Assembly: GCF_009914755.1 (NCBI RefSeq)
Contig: NC_060931.1
Source: the human T2T-CHM13v2.0 reference genome, Homo sapiens
Reading direction: 5' to 3' (one strand)
DNA: 64,000 nucleotides
Shown: positions 1 through 15,840 of the stretch, piece by piece
How the letters are laid out: every line of letters starts with the position of its first letter
How positions within the stretch are numbered: position 1 is the stretch's first letter
The notes under the pieces: generated by a model
Seen by the model: only the letters and a program-made list of their open reading frames with translations
The model's database searches: none
Told to the model about the DNA's origin: nothing
Position numbers and translations under genes: made by a program

Positions 1-989
<989 letters not shown>

Positions 990-2098
990 TGTAAATAGAT
1001 GTTCTTTGGGGTGAAAAAAAACTCCATGTTAAGATAAATTTTTGAAAGAATGCTTATCATATGGTATTCTTGAAAATTCACACTGTCCATACTGTTACAA
1101 CTCAACAACAAAAAGACTGATAGCCTAATTTAAAAATTGGAAAAAGACTTGAATGGACATCTCTCCAAAGAAGATGTACGATGGTCAATAAGCACATAAA
1201 AATATACTCAGTGTCATTAATCATTAGGGAATTGAAAATCAAACCACAATGAGATACCACTTCATGTCTATGAAGTTGGCTATAAATAAGTAAAACAAAA
1301 AAAAGCAAATGTTGGGAAGGATGTGGAGAAACTGAACCTCTCATACATTGCTAGTGAGAATGTAAAATGGTACAGTTGCTACATGAAGCAGTTTGGCAGT
1401 TCTTCAAAAAATTAAAAGAATTACCACAAGACCTAGCAATTCTACACCCAGGTATATACTCAAGAAAATTTCAAACAGATGTTCACACAAAAACTTGTAC
1501 ACAAAGATTCATGGCAACATTATTTGTAATAGCCAAAAGTGGAAACAATCCAAATTTCCATCAATAGATTGAATGGATATAAAATATGGAATATCCATAC
1601 TATGGAATATTATTCAGTCACAATAAGAATAAAGTACTAACACGTGCTTCAATATGGATAAACTTGAAAAACATGTAAGTGAAAGAAGCTAGTCACAAAA
1701 GGTCACATGTTGTATGTTTCCATTTATAGGAAATGTCCAGAATAGGCAAATCCAGAGACAGAAAGAAGACTAGTGGCTGCCTGGGGATGAGAGGTGGTAG
1801 AATTTGGGACTGACTCCTAATAGATACAGGATTTTTTTCTGTAGTGTTAAAAATCTTTTCAAATTAGTGGTGATGGTTGCATAATACAGTGAATATACTA
1901 AGAATCACTGAATTGTATACAAAATGCTAAATTTTATGTATGTGATTTGTGTCTCAAAAGAAAAACACACTACTGTTTAACTTTGTTTAACCAGAATATT
2001 CCAAGCTTTTTTTATATTGCAGTACTATTTTCCATGTGAGACTTATTAATATATCATGTAGCACTAATGTTTGCAACAGCACAGTGTGGGGAAAGCTG
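990..2098. mobile_element. Probable palindromic hAT-Charlie MITE halves (990-1055 and ~1970-2098) split by an L1MB
   Basis: Two segments resembling the same Charlie-type terminal sequence in opposite orientation; family not firmly identified. Confidence 0.35.
1094..1960 (+). mobile_element. L1MB-type LINE-1 3' end
   Basis: acaactcaacaac...aaaccacaatgagataccac...gaaatgtccagaataggcaaatcc...gaatatactaa resembles the L1MB ORF2 end and 3'UTR. Confidence 0.85.
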
Positions 2099-3889
2099 GC
2101 TATTAACACAATATTTTAAAATTCATTCTAAGATATGGCTGACATCAGCTCCTTGCTGAAAAAGGGATAATAAGAAGAAAGAAACAGAGAGGCTAGGGAT
2201 AAACTTCATCAGCCTCATAATTACTCTAGAGCTGGTCGTTTGTCCCACTCTCTAGAAAAAGAAAGCCAAATCCCAGTTAAGTTCTTCTCTTATTAGTAAC
2301 AGATTTCTCTGTTTTTGTTATTATTGAAATGCTATCAAATCATATAAAAGTCAGGTTAAAAAAGAATCTTCTCATAATCAAATAATTATCTTTAAAAGAA
2401 AACTATTAAAGCAAAACATCTTTCCAGAATATGATCTTTGATAACTATATTTATTTTACTTTTAATTTGCTATTTACAAGAGTTCAAGTGGAGAGGAACT
2501 TTTCCGAAAGAGAACCGGAAATAACATAATTAACTTGATAATAACAACAACATGGTTCTGATGTATGAAAACATGTAGGAAGAAAAGCAGGAGAAGAGCT
2601 CAATCTGAATTTTTACCAAAATATTAACAATTTTGCTATTCTGTTTTCCAAAATGGCAACTCCCACACTAACAAGTATCTTTCCATTCAGACATTCAGAG
2701 TCCTGAAAACAGTAATTTAGTTGTGTGCTTGCCTCAGAGAACAGCCTACATGTCTATTATGCTAAATGCAAAACTCAGCATTGGAGGGTTGAAAACAAAC
2801 TACAAAACAGAAGACAAAAGTGGAAACAGAACTCTCATTTGGTGAAGTGTCTTTATTGGACTCCTACATCTACTTTCAAATTCATATGTTGCATCAAGAA
2901 CTATTTTCTAGGACATGCCAAGAATTCACTTTCACTACTTTAAAAAATATCTCAATGATAATTATCAGAATCACATCTAGGAAGCAATAACATTACACAA
3001 TTATTTTAAGTTTTTCTTGGATTTAACTGCCAGGAAAAGTCAACTTTATCCAAGAGTATTTATAAGTCAATGAGTGTGAACATGGAACTCATTCATCATT
3101 ATCTGGAAACCCCAAAAAAGGGCTGGAAAACCTCAAACCTCAAGAGTAAACCACACTACAAATAAAATGACTGCGAGGTCAGAGTCAACCTTTGAAGTTT
3201 ATTCCCTGAAGCGTATACTTCAATCCTGTCTCCTGTTAAAATGAACAGTCTGACATACTCAGAAAAATGCCACTCTCCTTAGAAAACAGCATCTCTTATC
3301 AGCAAAGACCCATGATTCCTAAGTGTTTTTTTTTTTTTCCTCAATTCGTATTTAAGAAAGAGAGAGAAAAGTATTCCTGATTCTGTTTTTATCTGGTGAG
3401 GGATAAGGCTTCATTTACGGAAACTTATGTTCCAGAATTCTTAAACTTTGGCACATGAGAAAGTATCCCATGTAATGACCTCCTGCTGTGTTCCTGTTCA
3501 TTCTCTGTCAGTCATCAGAGCAAATGTCTGCTTTAATAACAGAAATAAAGTTATGCTTTGCCAAGACAGAAGAAATATCTCACAAATACATTTTTAACAC
3601 GAACAGGCAAAATTATAACATTATTTTCAAAAATCATAACTTACAAAGCTTAGTGGCAACTTCTGTCAGAGAATCTGCTCGAAAATGTACATTTCCTGAT
3701 GTTCTTTTTTTTGTTTTTGATATGATTATATATGTTTCCTATATATGATTTATATACATATCAATTTTCTATATGATTCTGAGCATATTCATTTGAACAG
3801 ATATAAGGAAGAGAAAGGAACTAGAAGAACTGCTCTTCCTTAGGGATATATTTTTAAAGTATCTACAATGGTTTCTGAGTACATATCTT

Positions 3890-4582
3890 TTTTTGTTTTT
3901 GTTTTTTTTTAAGTTCCGGGATACATGTGCAGAATGTGCAGGTTTGTTACATAGGTATACATGTGCCACAGTGGTTTGCTGCACCTATCAACCCGTCATC
4001 TAGGTTTTAAGCTCCACGTACATTAGCTATTTGTCCTAATGCTCTCTCTACCTTCACTCCCCACCCCCGACAGGCCCCAGGTGTGTGTTGTTCCCCTCCC
4101 TGTGTCCATGTGTTCTCATTTGTTCAACTCCCACTTATAAGTGAGAACATGCAGTGTTTGGTTTTCTATTCCTGTGTTAGTTTGCTGAGGATGATGACTT
4201 CCAGCTTCATCCATGTCCCTGCAAAGGACATGATCTCATTCCTTTTTATGGCTGCACAGTATTCCATAGTGTATATGTACCACATTTTCCTTATCTAGTC
4301 TATCACTGATGGGCATTTGGGCTGGTTCCATGTCTTTGCTATTGTAAATAGTGCTGCAATAAACATACGTGTCCATGTGTCTTCATAGTAGAATGATTTA
4401 TATCCCTTTGGGTACATATCCAGTAATGGGATTGCTGGGTCAAATGGTATTTCTGGTTCTAGATCCTTAGGGGATCGCCACACTGTCTTCCACAATGGTT
4501 GAACTAACTTACATTCCCACCAACAGTGTAAAAGCATTCCTATTTCTCCACAGCCACACCAGCATCTACTGTTCCTTGACTT
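3890..4582 (-). mobile_element. 5'-truncated L1PA (L1PA8-like) 3' end
   Basis: ORF2 C-terminal CCHC peptide (CWCGCGEIGMLLHCWWEC), 3'UTR and A tail; TSD tacatatctt at 3880-3889 and 4583-4592. Confidence 0.93.
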
Positions 4583-5026
4583 TACATATCTTATCAGGAC
4601 TAAATTCCTGTATCTATGATCTGTGAAGTGTCCAGAGAAAACTGACATGAAAATTTTATTAAGGAGTTAGGAAATGGATGAGTCTCATGTGGAATGTGTG
4701 TTTTTGTTTGCCTAAAGGAAAGAAAACAAGTGACTTAATTACTTTTTAACAAATGCTTATCATTTTCAATTTTATAAGAAATTATATGAGAAAGGTGCTG
4801 AAGTTAAAGCAAGGGATTGCATCTTCATACAAGAGAATCTTCCTTAATCATTTCAATTGACATAATATTAAAATATATTCCCAAGAAACTGTAGATTTAT
4901 CATTTCTGGAAAGAAAATGAAATAAAAACTGGAAAGAGATGAAATAAGAACCTAATAATGTAACATTAAGACACCAACATGCTGTAAGATACGAGGCTGG
5001 ACTGCCAATCCCTTGAAGTTCTTTCC

Positions 5027-5327
<301 letters not shown>

Positions 5328-5722
5328 CTCTATTTTCTTAATTCTATAGAAGATACTTAATCACTGTCCTACCTGCAAATATTAGTGTCTGCCACCTCCA
5401 GGAGAGAAATGGACAAAGCGGTAGCCAGGATGATCAATTTCCCCAGGACCTCTTTTCATAAGATTAACATATATTTGTATAGTTTTAAATGCATGTATAG
5501 ATGTGTACACATATATGGACAAATATAGATTTAGAAATATCCTCAAACTTAAAGACAGTAATACTTTCCTCCCCACCCGCCACCCCACCTGGCCCAGTCT
5601 ATACCCAAACACTTGTGCAGACACATGCATTTACTAAGGGCAGCTCAAATACCTTACGAATCCTCAAAGATTGTTATTGGTCTATTCATTCAGTAAATAT
5701 TTATTGAGCACTGGTAATGTGC

Positions 5723-5761
5723 CACAGGAGTGAAGATGACTTCACAGGAGTGAAGATGACT
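5723..5761. repeat. Tandem duplication, period 20 (cacaggagtgaagatgact x2), in an L2 3'-end relic
   Basis: Two identical 19-mers at 5723 and 5743. Confidence 0.9.
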
Positions 5762-6277
5762 AGGTTATCTCTTTGTCTTCGAAGAGACTTAAAGGTTTTT
5801 AAACAAGCAAATTTGGTAGCTTGTTAGAGGTGACTGGTGGAGGTCCGAGAAGACGGAGAAGCACAGAGGAGGGAGTGGAGAATTCCACGGAGGTAGCGGG
5901 AAGGGAGGAGCAGAGGGGAAGGGTTCTAAAGTTTTAATAGAGGAGGTAAGTATGGAAGGGGGCCCTAAAAGATGGCAGAGGATTTGCCCCGGAGACCGAG
6001 CCAGAAAGAATTCCAAGGGACACAAACAAGGGCAGTAGACGTTTAAAAGAGCTGGAATTTTGAAGCTGTGTGTGGGTTATTTTAATTAGTGCAAGGGGGT
6101 ATATGTGCATATGTAGTGGGAGTAGGTGTCTGGAAAAGAGGCTGAGAAGAGGTGTGGGAAAGGACAGCAGGGTTAGAGCAGAGAGGGCCTTTTCTCAGTC
6201 AAGGTTCTTTGGGTGATGATAAAAATCAAGTCAAGCTGGCTTGGGCTGCAAAGGGAGTTTAATGACAGGTTGCAGGG

Positions 6278-6470
6278 CTCAGTCTGAATTACAGCTCTGC
6301 AACTCCCTAAGCAAGCATAACCTCCCGCAAGTTACTTATGCTCTTTTTGCCTTGGGTTCTTTATCCATAAAATAAGGAGAATTATAGTAGAATTTTTTTT
6401 AGGATCAAAAGAGTTAATACCTGTAACACACCGGGCAGATAGCAAGTGCTTGATAATGTTAGCTATGTTT
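6278..6470 (+). mobile_element. MIR
   Basis: Core-like gcaagttacttatgctc...tttatccataaaataagg and 3' gtgcttgataatgttagct. Confidence 0.7.
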
Positions 6471-7057
6471 ATGATTTCTTAGAATCCCCAAATATCTAAG
6501 CCTGATGAAAAGTAAGCCTAAAATAGGAGCCTGGAAAGCTCCGGTACCTCAGGCAGCATTCTGACTCTCTCTCTCCTCCTCTCTCTGCTCATGATTCCTC
6601 TGAGCCGTTATAGAGCATGGCTGCCCATAGCTCCTGAATGTTTACTTGTTCCTTGGATTCAGCTCATAAAGAGTTGGACTGGAATTGACATGTCTCAATT
6701 CCTAACTCCCATGCTAGTATATTTGACATAGCTTGGCTTTTGTACCTTATGGTTTAAACTAAGGCCAAAAGGTTAGGGTAAAAACATGATACAGTGGCCT
6801 ATCTCTCCTGAGTGGCAGAAAAGGAGGGCAGAGGAGAAATATGTCTTGATGTCTAAGCAGAACTATTTTCACATCTGAGCCACAGAACAGGCTAAGCAAT
6901 TTTAATCTTCAGAGGTTTTGAGCCACGGATGAATATCTAAGGAATGTGGTGGTCTTATTTCTTTGTGTCCTCCTTAAACTATTTTTTCCTATTTACACAG
7001 CCCTAATTCCTTTTAAGAATCTGGTAACTGCCAAATATCCATCCACTAAACAACAAA

Positions 7058-7760
7058 AGACATATCCATACAATGGAATATTATTCATCTATAAAAAGAA
7101 GTAGTGATATATGTTATGCCAGGATAAACCTTGAAAACATATTAAGTAAAAAAAGCCAGGCACAGCCAGGCGCGGTGGCTCATGCATGTAATCCCAACAC
7201 CTTGGGAGGCCGAGGCGGTTGGATCATGAGGTCAGGAGACTGAGACCATCCTGGACAACGTGGTGAAACCCCATCTCTACTAAAAACACAAAAATTAGCT
7301 GGGCATGGTGGTGCACACCTGTAGTCCCAGCTTCTCGGGAGGCTGAGGCAGGAGAACTGCTTGAACCCAGGAGGTGGAGGTTGCAATAAGTTGAGATGAT
7401 GTGCCACTGCACTCCAGCCTGGGCAACAAGATCAAGGCTCTGAAAAAAAAAAAAAAAAAAAAAAAAAAAAGCCAGGCACAAAAGGCTGCATGTTATATGG
7501 TTCCACTTAAATGAAATGTCCAGAATAAGCAAATCCGTAGAGACAGAAAGCAGATTAGTGGTGGCCTAGGGGCTGAGGGGAGAAGAGAATAGAGAGTGAC
7601 TGCTAATGGATACAGGACTTCTTTTGGAGGTGACATTAGCTTTCTGGAATTAGTGGTGTTAGTTGTACAATCTTGTGAATATACTGCAAATCATTTTAAA
7701 GGCTACAGCCTTTAAAATGGTAAATTTTATAGTATGTAAATTATAGCTTTAAAAGAATAT
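7058..7760 (+). mobile_element. L1MB 3' fragment interrupted by an Alu
   Basis: atatccatacaatggaatattattc...aaagccaggcacaaaagg...gaaatgtccagaataagcaaatcc. Confidence 0.85.
7165..7470 (+). mobile_element. AluSc-like
   Basis: Full Alu with A28 tail; TSD aaaaaaagccaggcaca (7148-7164 and 7464-7480). Confidence 0.95.
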
Positions 7761-7791
7761 CTGAGAACTGGATATGATGTCAGAAAGCCTG

Positions 7792-8082
7792 TTTTTTTTT
7801 CTTTTTTAAAAAAAAACTTATTTTTTTTTAATTTTAAGTTCTGGGATACATGTACAGAACATGCAGATGTGTTACATAGGTATATGTGTGCCATGGTGGT
7901 TTGCTGCACGCATCAACCCGTCATTTAGGTTTTACGCTCCACATGCATTAGGTATTTGTATTAATGTTCTCCCTCTCCTTGCCCCCTTACCCCAGCAACA
8001 GGCCCCAGTGTGTGACGTTCCTCTCCCTGTGTCCATGTGTTCTCATTGTTCAACTCCCACTTATGAGTGAGAACATGAGGTG
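7792..8082 (-). mobile_element. Short L1PA (L1PA8-like) 3'UTR
   Basis: ttttaagttctgggatacatgt...gttcaactcccacttatgagtgagaacatg. Confidence 0.9.
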
Positions 8083-8349
8083 GACACCTGGTTTTATCCT
8101 CACACTTACACTATCTCCTGCAATAGTCATCACTGGCCTTCCCAAGCATTGCTTCCTTACCTATACACTGGGGGTGGCGCTGATCCAGGCTCTAGGGGAG
8201 GTCCATTCCAGCTCTGAATTCTGTGGGTAAGAAACTTGAGTGCAGCTCCCCAAAATTAAAGTGAACTTCTCAAAACTCTGTCACTGGAACAATCTTCTCA
8301 TTCTATTGCCCTTCTCAAAGAAAGGATTCTTACTTCATTCCGAGTCTTT

Positions 8350-8565
8350 AAATACCTATTTTGAGCATATAATATATACTAGGTATTTGAACTGATAATC
8401 TCATTTAATCCAACCTACAACTTTATGAACTGGGCACCATGGTTATTCTTGGTTTACAAATGCAGACATGGAGGTAAGTATGTTGCTCAAGTTAGCAAGA
8501 AACAGGGCTGGGCATGGAACCTGAGCTGCCTAACTCCTGAGTTCACGTACTGAGCCACCACGTTG
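8350..8565 (-). mobile_element. MIR
   Basis: atctcatttaatcc...tttacaaatgcagacatggagg...gaacctgag. Confidence 0.65.
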
Positions 8566-9523
8566 AACTGACTTTCTCTACTAACTCCTCCACCTTGGCT
8601 CAAATCTCATGCCCTTGAATATCTGCTTTAACAATTTATTGGTTAATTAATTCAATAGCTGTATATTTGTCATGCTCACTATTTTAGTAAGCGATTCTTT
8701 TCAAGTTAGCTATTTGGAAGTTGGGAAATATCCCTGAATTATTTATCATATGTCAAATATAAACTAGATAAAACTAGTTCTTAATGAAGGTAAGAATGGA
8801 ATACTCAAATGGAATGAATAAAGACCAAATGTAAGTTAATATCCTGTTAAAAGGAGAAATTAATGGCAATTTCATCTCTTGTCAGCTCTGCTCTTTGTAC
8901 ATTGGCTGGAGTAATTTGTTTAATTAATCTGGAGTCTTCTTGTTAATTACAGATCATTTACCATACCCAATAAAACATCATGCCTTTGAATTCCTCAAGT
9001 ATGCTTAAATTGCATTTACTTCCGTGTTTCTTTGTAAAGAGGCAGACAAAATAAATTTAGCCAGGTTATTCTAAGTAAAGCATTAGCTTAATTTAGGCTA
9101 GTAAATAAGTACCACTACTTATACAATACTCTATTTAATGAAATTGTGAATGGCTGTCCCTCTTCATGAATATTAAGCCCTAAATATGTTCATGCATTCA
9201 TAATATACATCTCAGTCACACAGACAAGACACCTAAGATTCAACTGCTGCTAATGCCCTGGGGAGTATGGGCCTTGGCGATAATTAGCAAGTTTGTAATA
9301 GGTTCTACTTAGTCTTAATGTGAAGGATAATGAAAAGTTAGCATACAGGCCCTGCATTTCTATGTTCAGTGAAAAATAAAACAAAATAGTAAAAACTTCA
9401 TCCTGGCAATGAAACATTACCATAAAATCTAAAATTACTAATGAAGTACAATTTTTATTAACTAGTGACCAATATAAGATTTACTAAAGTTTGAAGTTTT
9501 TCTTAAAATATTTAAATAATTCA

Positions 9524-9643
9524 CTCGGGAGGCTGAGGCAGGAGAATTGCTTGAACCTGGGAGGTGGATGTTGTAGTGAGCTCAGATTGCGCCACTGCAC
9601 TCCAGCCTGGGTAACAAAGCAAGACTTCATCTCAAAAACAAAC
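9524..9643 (+). mobile_element. 5'-truncated Alu (right arm only)
   Basis: ctcgggaggctgaggcaggagaattgcttgaacc...ctcaaaaac; TSD atatttaaataattca at 9508-9523 and 9871-9886. Confidence 0.93.
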
Positions 9644-9884
9644 AATATATATTAAATATATTTAATAAATATATATATTTAATATATATAAATATATATT
9701 AAATATATTTAATAAATATATATATTTAATATATATAAATATATATTAAATATATTTTTTAATATATATAAATATATATATTAAATATATATATTTAATA
9801 TATATAAATATATATATTAAATATATATTAATATATAATATTATATATAAAATATATATATTTAATATATATATTTAAATAATT
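9644..9884. repeat. Pure A/T minisatellite (47-bp unit x ~2.4, then degenerate) in the Alu tail
   Basis: 241 bp with no G or C; unit starts at 9644, 9691 and 9738. Confidence 0.92.
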
Positions 9885-9926
9885 CATTTTGTAATTATAC
9901 TCCTATCTACCTAAACTGTCAAATCA

Positions 9927-12037
<2,111 letters not shown>

Positions 12038-12228
12038 AAAAATTTCCAATACTATATTTTAAAGATAGTGTTGAAAATACTAGTTTTATGTTAATTGCTT
12101 AATCTCTATTAAAAATATGACATGAATAGCTGAATGTTTAAGAGAAAAAATTACAAAGAAAAAATTCCTACACCTGTTCACTACATTCCCCCCCAACTTG
12201 GATTTAATCAAATTTTGTCACTTTAAGC

Positions 12229-12510
12229 TTTTTTTTTTTTGAGACAGAGTCTTGCACTGTTGCCCAGGCTGGAGTGCAATGGTGTGATCTCGGCTCACTG
12301 CAAACCTCCACCTCCCGGGTCAAGTGATTCTCCTGCAAGTACGTGGGATTACAGGTACCTGCCACCATGCCTGGCTAATTTTTTGTATTTTTAGTAGAGA
12401 TGGGGTTTGACTATGTTGGCCAGGCTGGTCTTGAACTCCTGACCTTGTGATCTGCCCCACTTGGCCTCCCAAAGTGCTGGGATTACAGGCGTGACCCACT
12501 GTGCCCAGCC
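12229..12510 (-). mobile_element. AluS (Sg-like) with small internal deletion
   Basis: Alu dimer; attctcctgcaagta lacks ctcagcctccc; short TSD tttaagc. Confidence 0.93.
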
Positions 12511-14574
12511 TTTTAAGCATTTTTTAACTTAAATGATTGTATTTAGAATTCCTAATTATTACAGAACAAAGAAATGAAACACATAGAAAATTACAAGAGT
12601 TTAAGTAAAAAAGTGCTATAATGGCTGATGTATTAGCTGAGCAAGATTATCTAGGAAGTACAAAGACCTTAATTTATGGAAGGTCTAACAATTTGAAATT
12701 TGGCTGCATTCATCAGACCTGCAAACCTGATTCTCAGGTTTCAGAGCCAGAATATAAAAAATTGGGTAAAATCTCTATCTTTTATAACCAGAATTCTAAA
12801 TCTTGAGTAAATGCATTTCAGCCCTGGAAAAGGAACAATTTTGTATGAAAGGATATTCAAATAATCCTTCATTGAGCGACCACAATGAGCCTTGAAGATT
12901 TACATGATTGAGCTGGAATTCAAAGTCAAAGACAAGAGAGAATCATTTTTTTTTCTGGGATGCACAAAGAGATATCCATAATTAAACATCACACTTCCCA
13001 AGGGCAGCATGTTTTCTTATATTGACAAGTAAAATGAGGTATTTCAAATCAGGCATTGCTGGCTTACAGTCATCTTTTGCATAGCTATTGTCTTAACGTA
13101 TTTCTGGCTATTAGGCATTTGTCTATTTTTGGTCAGTGAGGCATGCATGCTAAAGAATTCTGGCTTTGCATAAAAAGCTGTAGTAATGTTAGTGGAACTA
13201 CATTTCTACAGCAATATCTTAAGTATAATTATGGACATTTTGGCTAGTCATACACACATTTTACATTCAAAGAAGAGTAGCTGTAACTTTAGTGTAATTA
13301 GTACAATTAAAATAACTACTACAAGTAGGAAAAAAACTTTCAGAAGTACCTATTTAGACTTACTAAATGCTTTACTCTGCCTTATTTGTCACAGCTAGTT
13401 AAACATATTGCACATTAATCCTGTGATATGTTGGGGAAATGCCAAATAAACCACATTTGCTTAACATTCCATCAAAAAAGTCAGAGACTAATGATAGATT
13501 ATGTATTCAATAACTCTTTTGTTCTAGGTCAAAAAGTGCCACATTACTTTAGCCTGACCCTACCATAACTACTAACTACCAGAAAGCAGCAATATGTAGA
13601 AATTATGCCTTCTATAATTTTCCTCTACTTTCCTACCCTAATCAAATTAAATGTTTAATTTTGTTTTTAACTTGTAAAGAATATGTTAAACTTAGATCAA
13701 ATACCCCAAAAATTAATGTGCTTTTTTTCAAAAGTGGCCATTTTATTTAAAAAGACATTTTACCTCCTGCTTTCCATTCTAAACATTATTCATGAAAATT
13801 AACTTTGTTATATAATATCCAGGCATATTATCAAATTTTACTTTTAAAGTTATTTACTACTGTCACATAAATACACATAATATTATTTGGATATTATCAG
13901 AACTTAATAAAATATCTCACCTACCTATACATCCATATAAAACATATGTCCTATAAAAATGCAAAGGATCTAGTGTAAGACCTGAGCTATGGAAGTCGCT
14001 GATGGGCTCTGCCCAAGCTCAAAAGTGTCTTTGGACCATTAAACCAATGATACAGGGTTGCCTGTGAGAGGAAGGCTAGGTGCAATTCAGGCTAATCAAA
14101 ATATATTCTAATTCAAGTACAAATCGACTTTTTACAGCTTTCAAAGTTACCATAGGAAATGTCTTGAAGACCAGGTCTCTTAAATAATTTGTAACAATTT
14201 TATTCTTTGTTTGTTTGTCTTACTAGCTAAAATCTGAGGCAATATGATATATGCATTTTATATGTTCTCTCAAAATGTGCTTACAACACACTTAGGAATG
14301 ATCTTTAATGATTTTCCTTATGTAAAGGAACTGACAAATGACAGTTTGTCAGTTCTGACAAACTGACAAACCATCAAATGATGGTTCCCCGCAATGACAA
14401 ATGATAGTTCCTTAATTCAGCCAAGTCTCCTCAAGTCATCTCAACCTATATATCCCAGATTAATTACATTTCAGAACTGGTTTTTTCTTTTTTTGCTCCC
14501 CCTATAGGAAGTGTATATAAGCCCTGGACTAAGGAAATGGTCTGCTTCAGTTTCCAAGATTATAATCTGGAAAA

Positions 14575-14810
14575 GCTAATTTTATCGAGTGTTTTTTTAT
14601 GTGCTAATGGCTTTACATAAATCACTTCCTCCTTTAATTATCAGGGCTACCCAGCATCTTATGAAGAAGGTAACCTTATCATCATCATGTCATATATGAG
14701 AAAATTAAGCTTAGAGAGGTTAAACGACTTGGCTGAGGCACATAACTAAGAGATGAATACTGCATCTACAAGCAGGTCAATGTGACTCACAGCCTGAACT
14801 CTTATCCCCC
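14575..14810 (-). mobile_element. MIR
   Basis: atatgagaaaattaagcttagagaggttaaacgacttggctgagg core. Confidence 0.75.
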
Positions 14811-14899
14811 CACATCTGGCTCCTTCTTGTTGCCGATGCCCGCCTGTACTTTGGACACCTTACACGCCTTGCCATATCAGAATTTTTAACCACAGAACA

Positions 14900-15460
14900 A
14901 TCTTTCTGAACCCCCTACTGGGCTCTCCAGTGTTTTCTCCATACTGACCTCAGAGTGATCTCTTTAAAATGAAAGGTTTGTGGAATCACTCCTCAGCCTA
15001 AAACACTCAATGCCTTTCCTTTCACTTAGGATAAAGGCCCCAAACTTACAATATCCTGAATGGTCTGGCTCTAGTCTCCTATCTAGCCGTATCCCCTTCC
15101 CTCTTGATTCCAAGTCCAGCCACTCCAAGGTTTTCTTTCAGTTCCTAGAACATAGCCAGCCTCTTCCCACCTGTGGCCTTTGCACCTGCTGTTCTTTCCT
15201 TTGGGTATGCTGTGCCCCACCATCCACAGACCTTTAGTTAATAATCTCTACTCCTTCATAGCTCTACTCAAATACCATTTCCTCAGGAACACCTTTCCAA
15301 ATTACACCACACTTTACTCAAGACTGGATCTAGTTTCTCTGTCATACCCTTTCCCAGCACTCAGTACACTTCTTTGCCAGCCCCTAGCAAGGTTTGCTAT
15401 GACATATTTACATGACCATTTAATCAACATCTGTCTTTCCAATAGAATAGAAGTCCTCAC
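14900..15460 (+). mobile_element. L2 fragment
   Basis: cagagtgatctctttaaaatg...ggcctttgcacctgctgttc...ctcaaataccatttcctcaggaa. Confidence 0.7.
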
Positions 15461-15464
15461 ACTT

Positions 15465-15730
15465 TAACATGGATCAACATCACCTGGAGTGTTGATTTCA
15501 AAAAATGATCACAGGATCCCACCACTAGAATTTCTGATTCACTGTGTTTGAAGTCTACAATTCTGCAGTTACTGCTTTCCAGGTGATGCTGATGGCTGGA
15601 TTGGGCACTGATCCAGTACAGTGGTTCTCAATCCTGGATAAACATTAGAACCACCTAGACAGCTTTAAAAAATCACCAATGCTCAGGCCCTCACCCCCAG
15701 AGGTTTTAATTGGACTAGGCTGGATCCTAG
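15465..15730. mobile_element. MER5-family hAT MITE fragments
   Basis: atcacctggagtg...ccaggtgatgctgatg and cagtggttctcaatcctgg...agaaccacctag. Confidence 0.65.
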
Positions 15731-15737
15731 AAGGTCT

Positions 15738-15840
15738 TATTCCAAATATTGCATACTTATACTAAAAAAATTTTGTTTACCTAAAATTCAAATTTAACAA
15801 AGTGTCTGGTAGTTTTACTTGCTGAATCTGACAACTCTAC
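15738..15840. mobile_element. MER53 (hAT) half element
   Basis: ccaaatattgcatacttatactaaaaaa...aaattcaaatttaac...atctgacaactcta. Confidence 0.75.
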
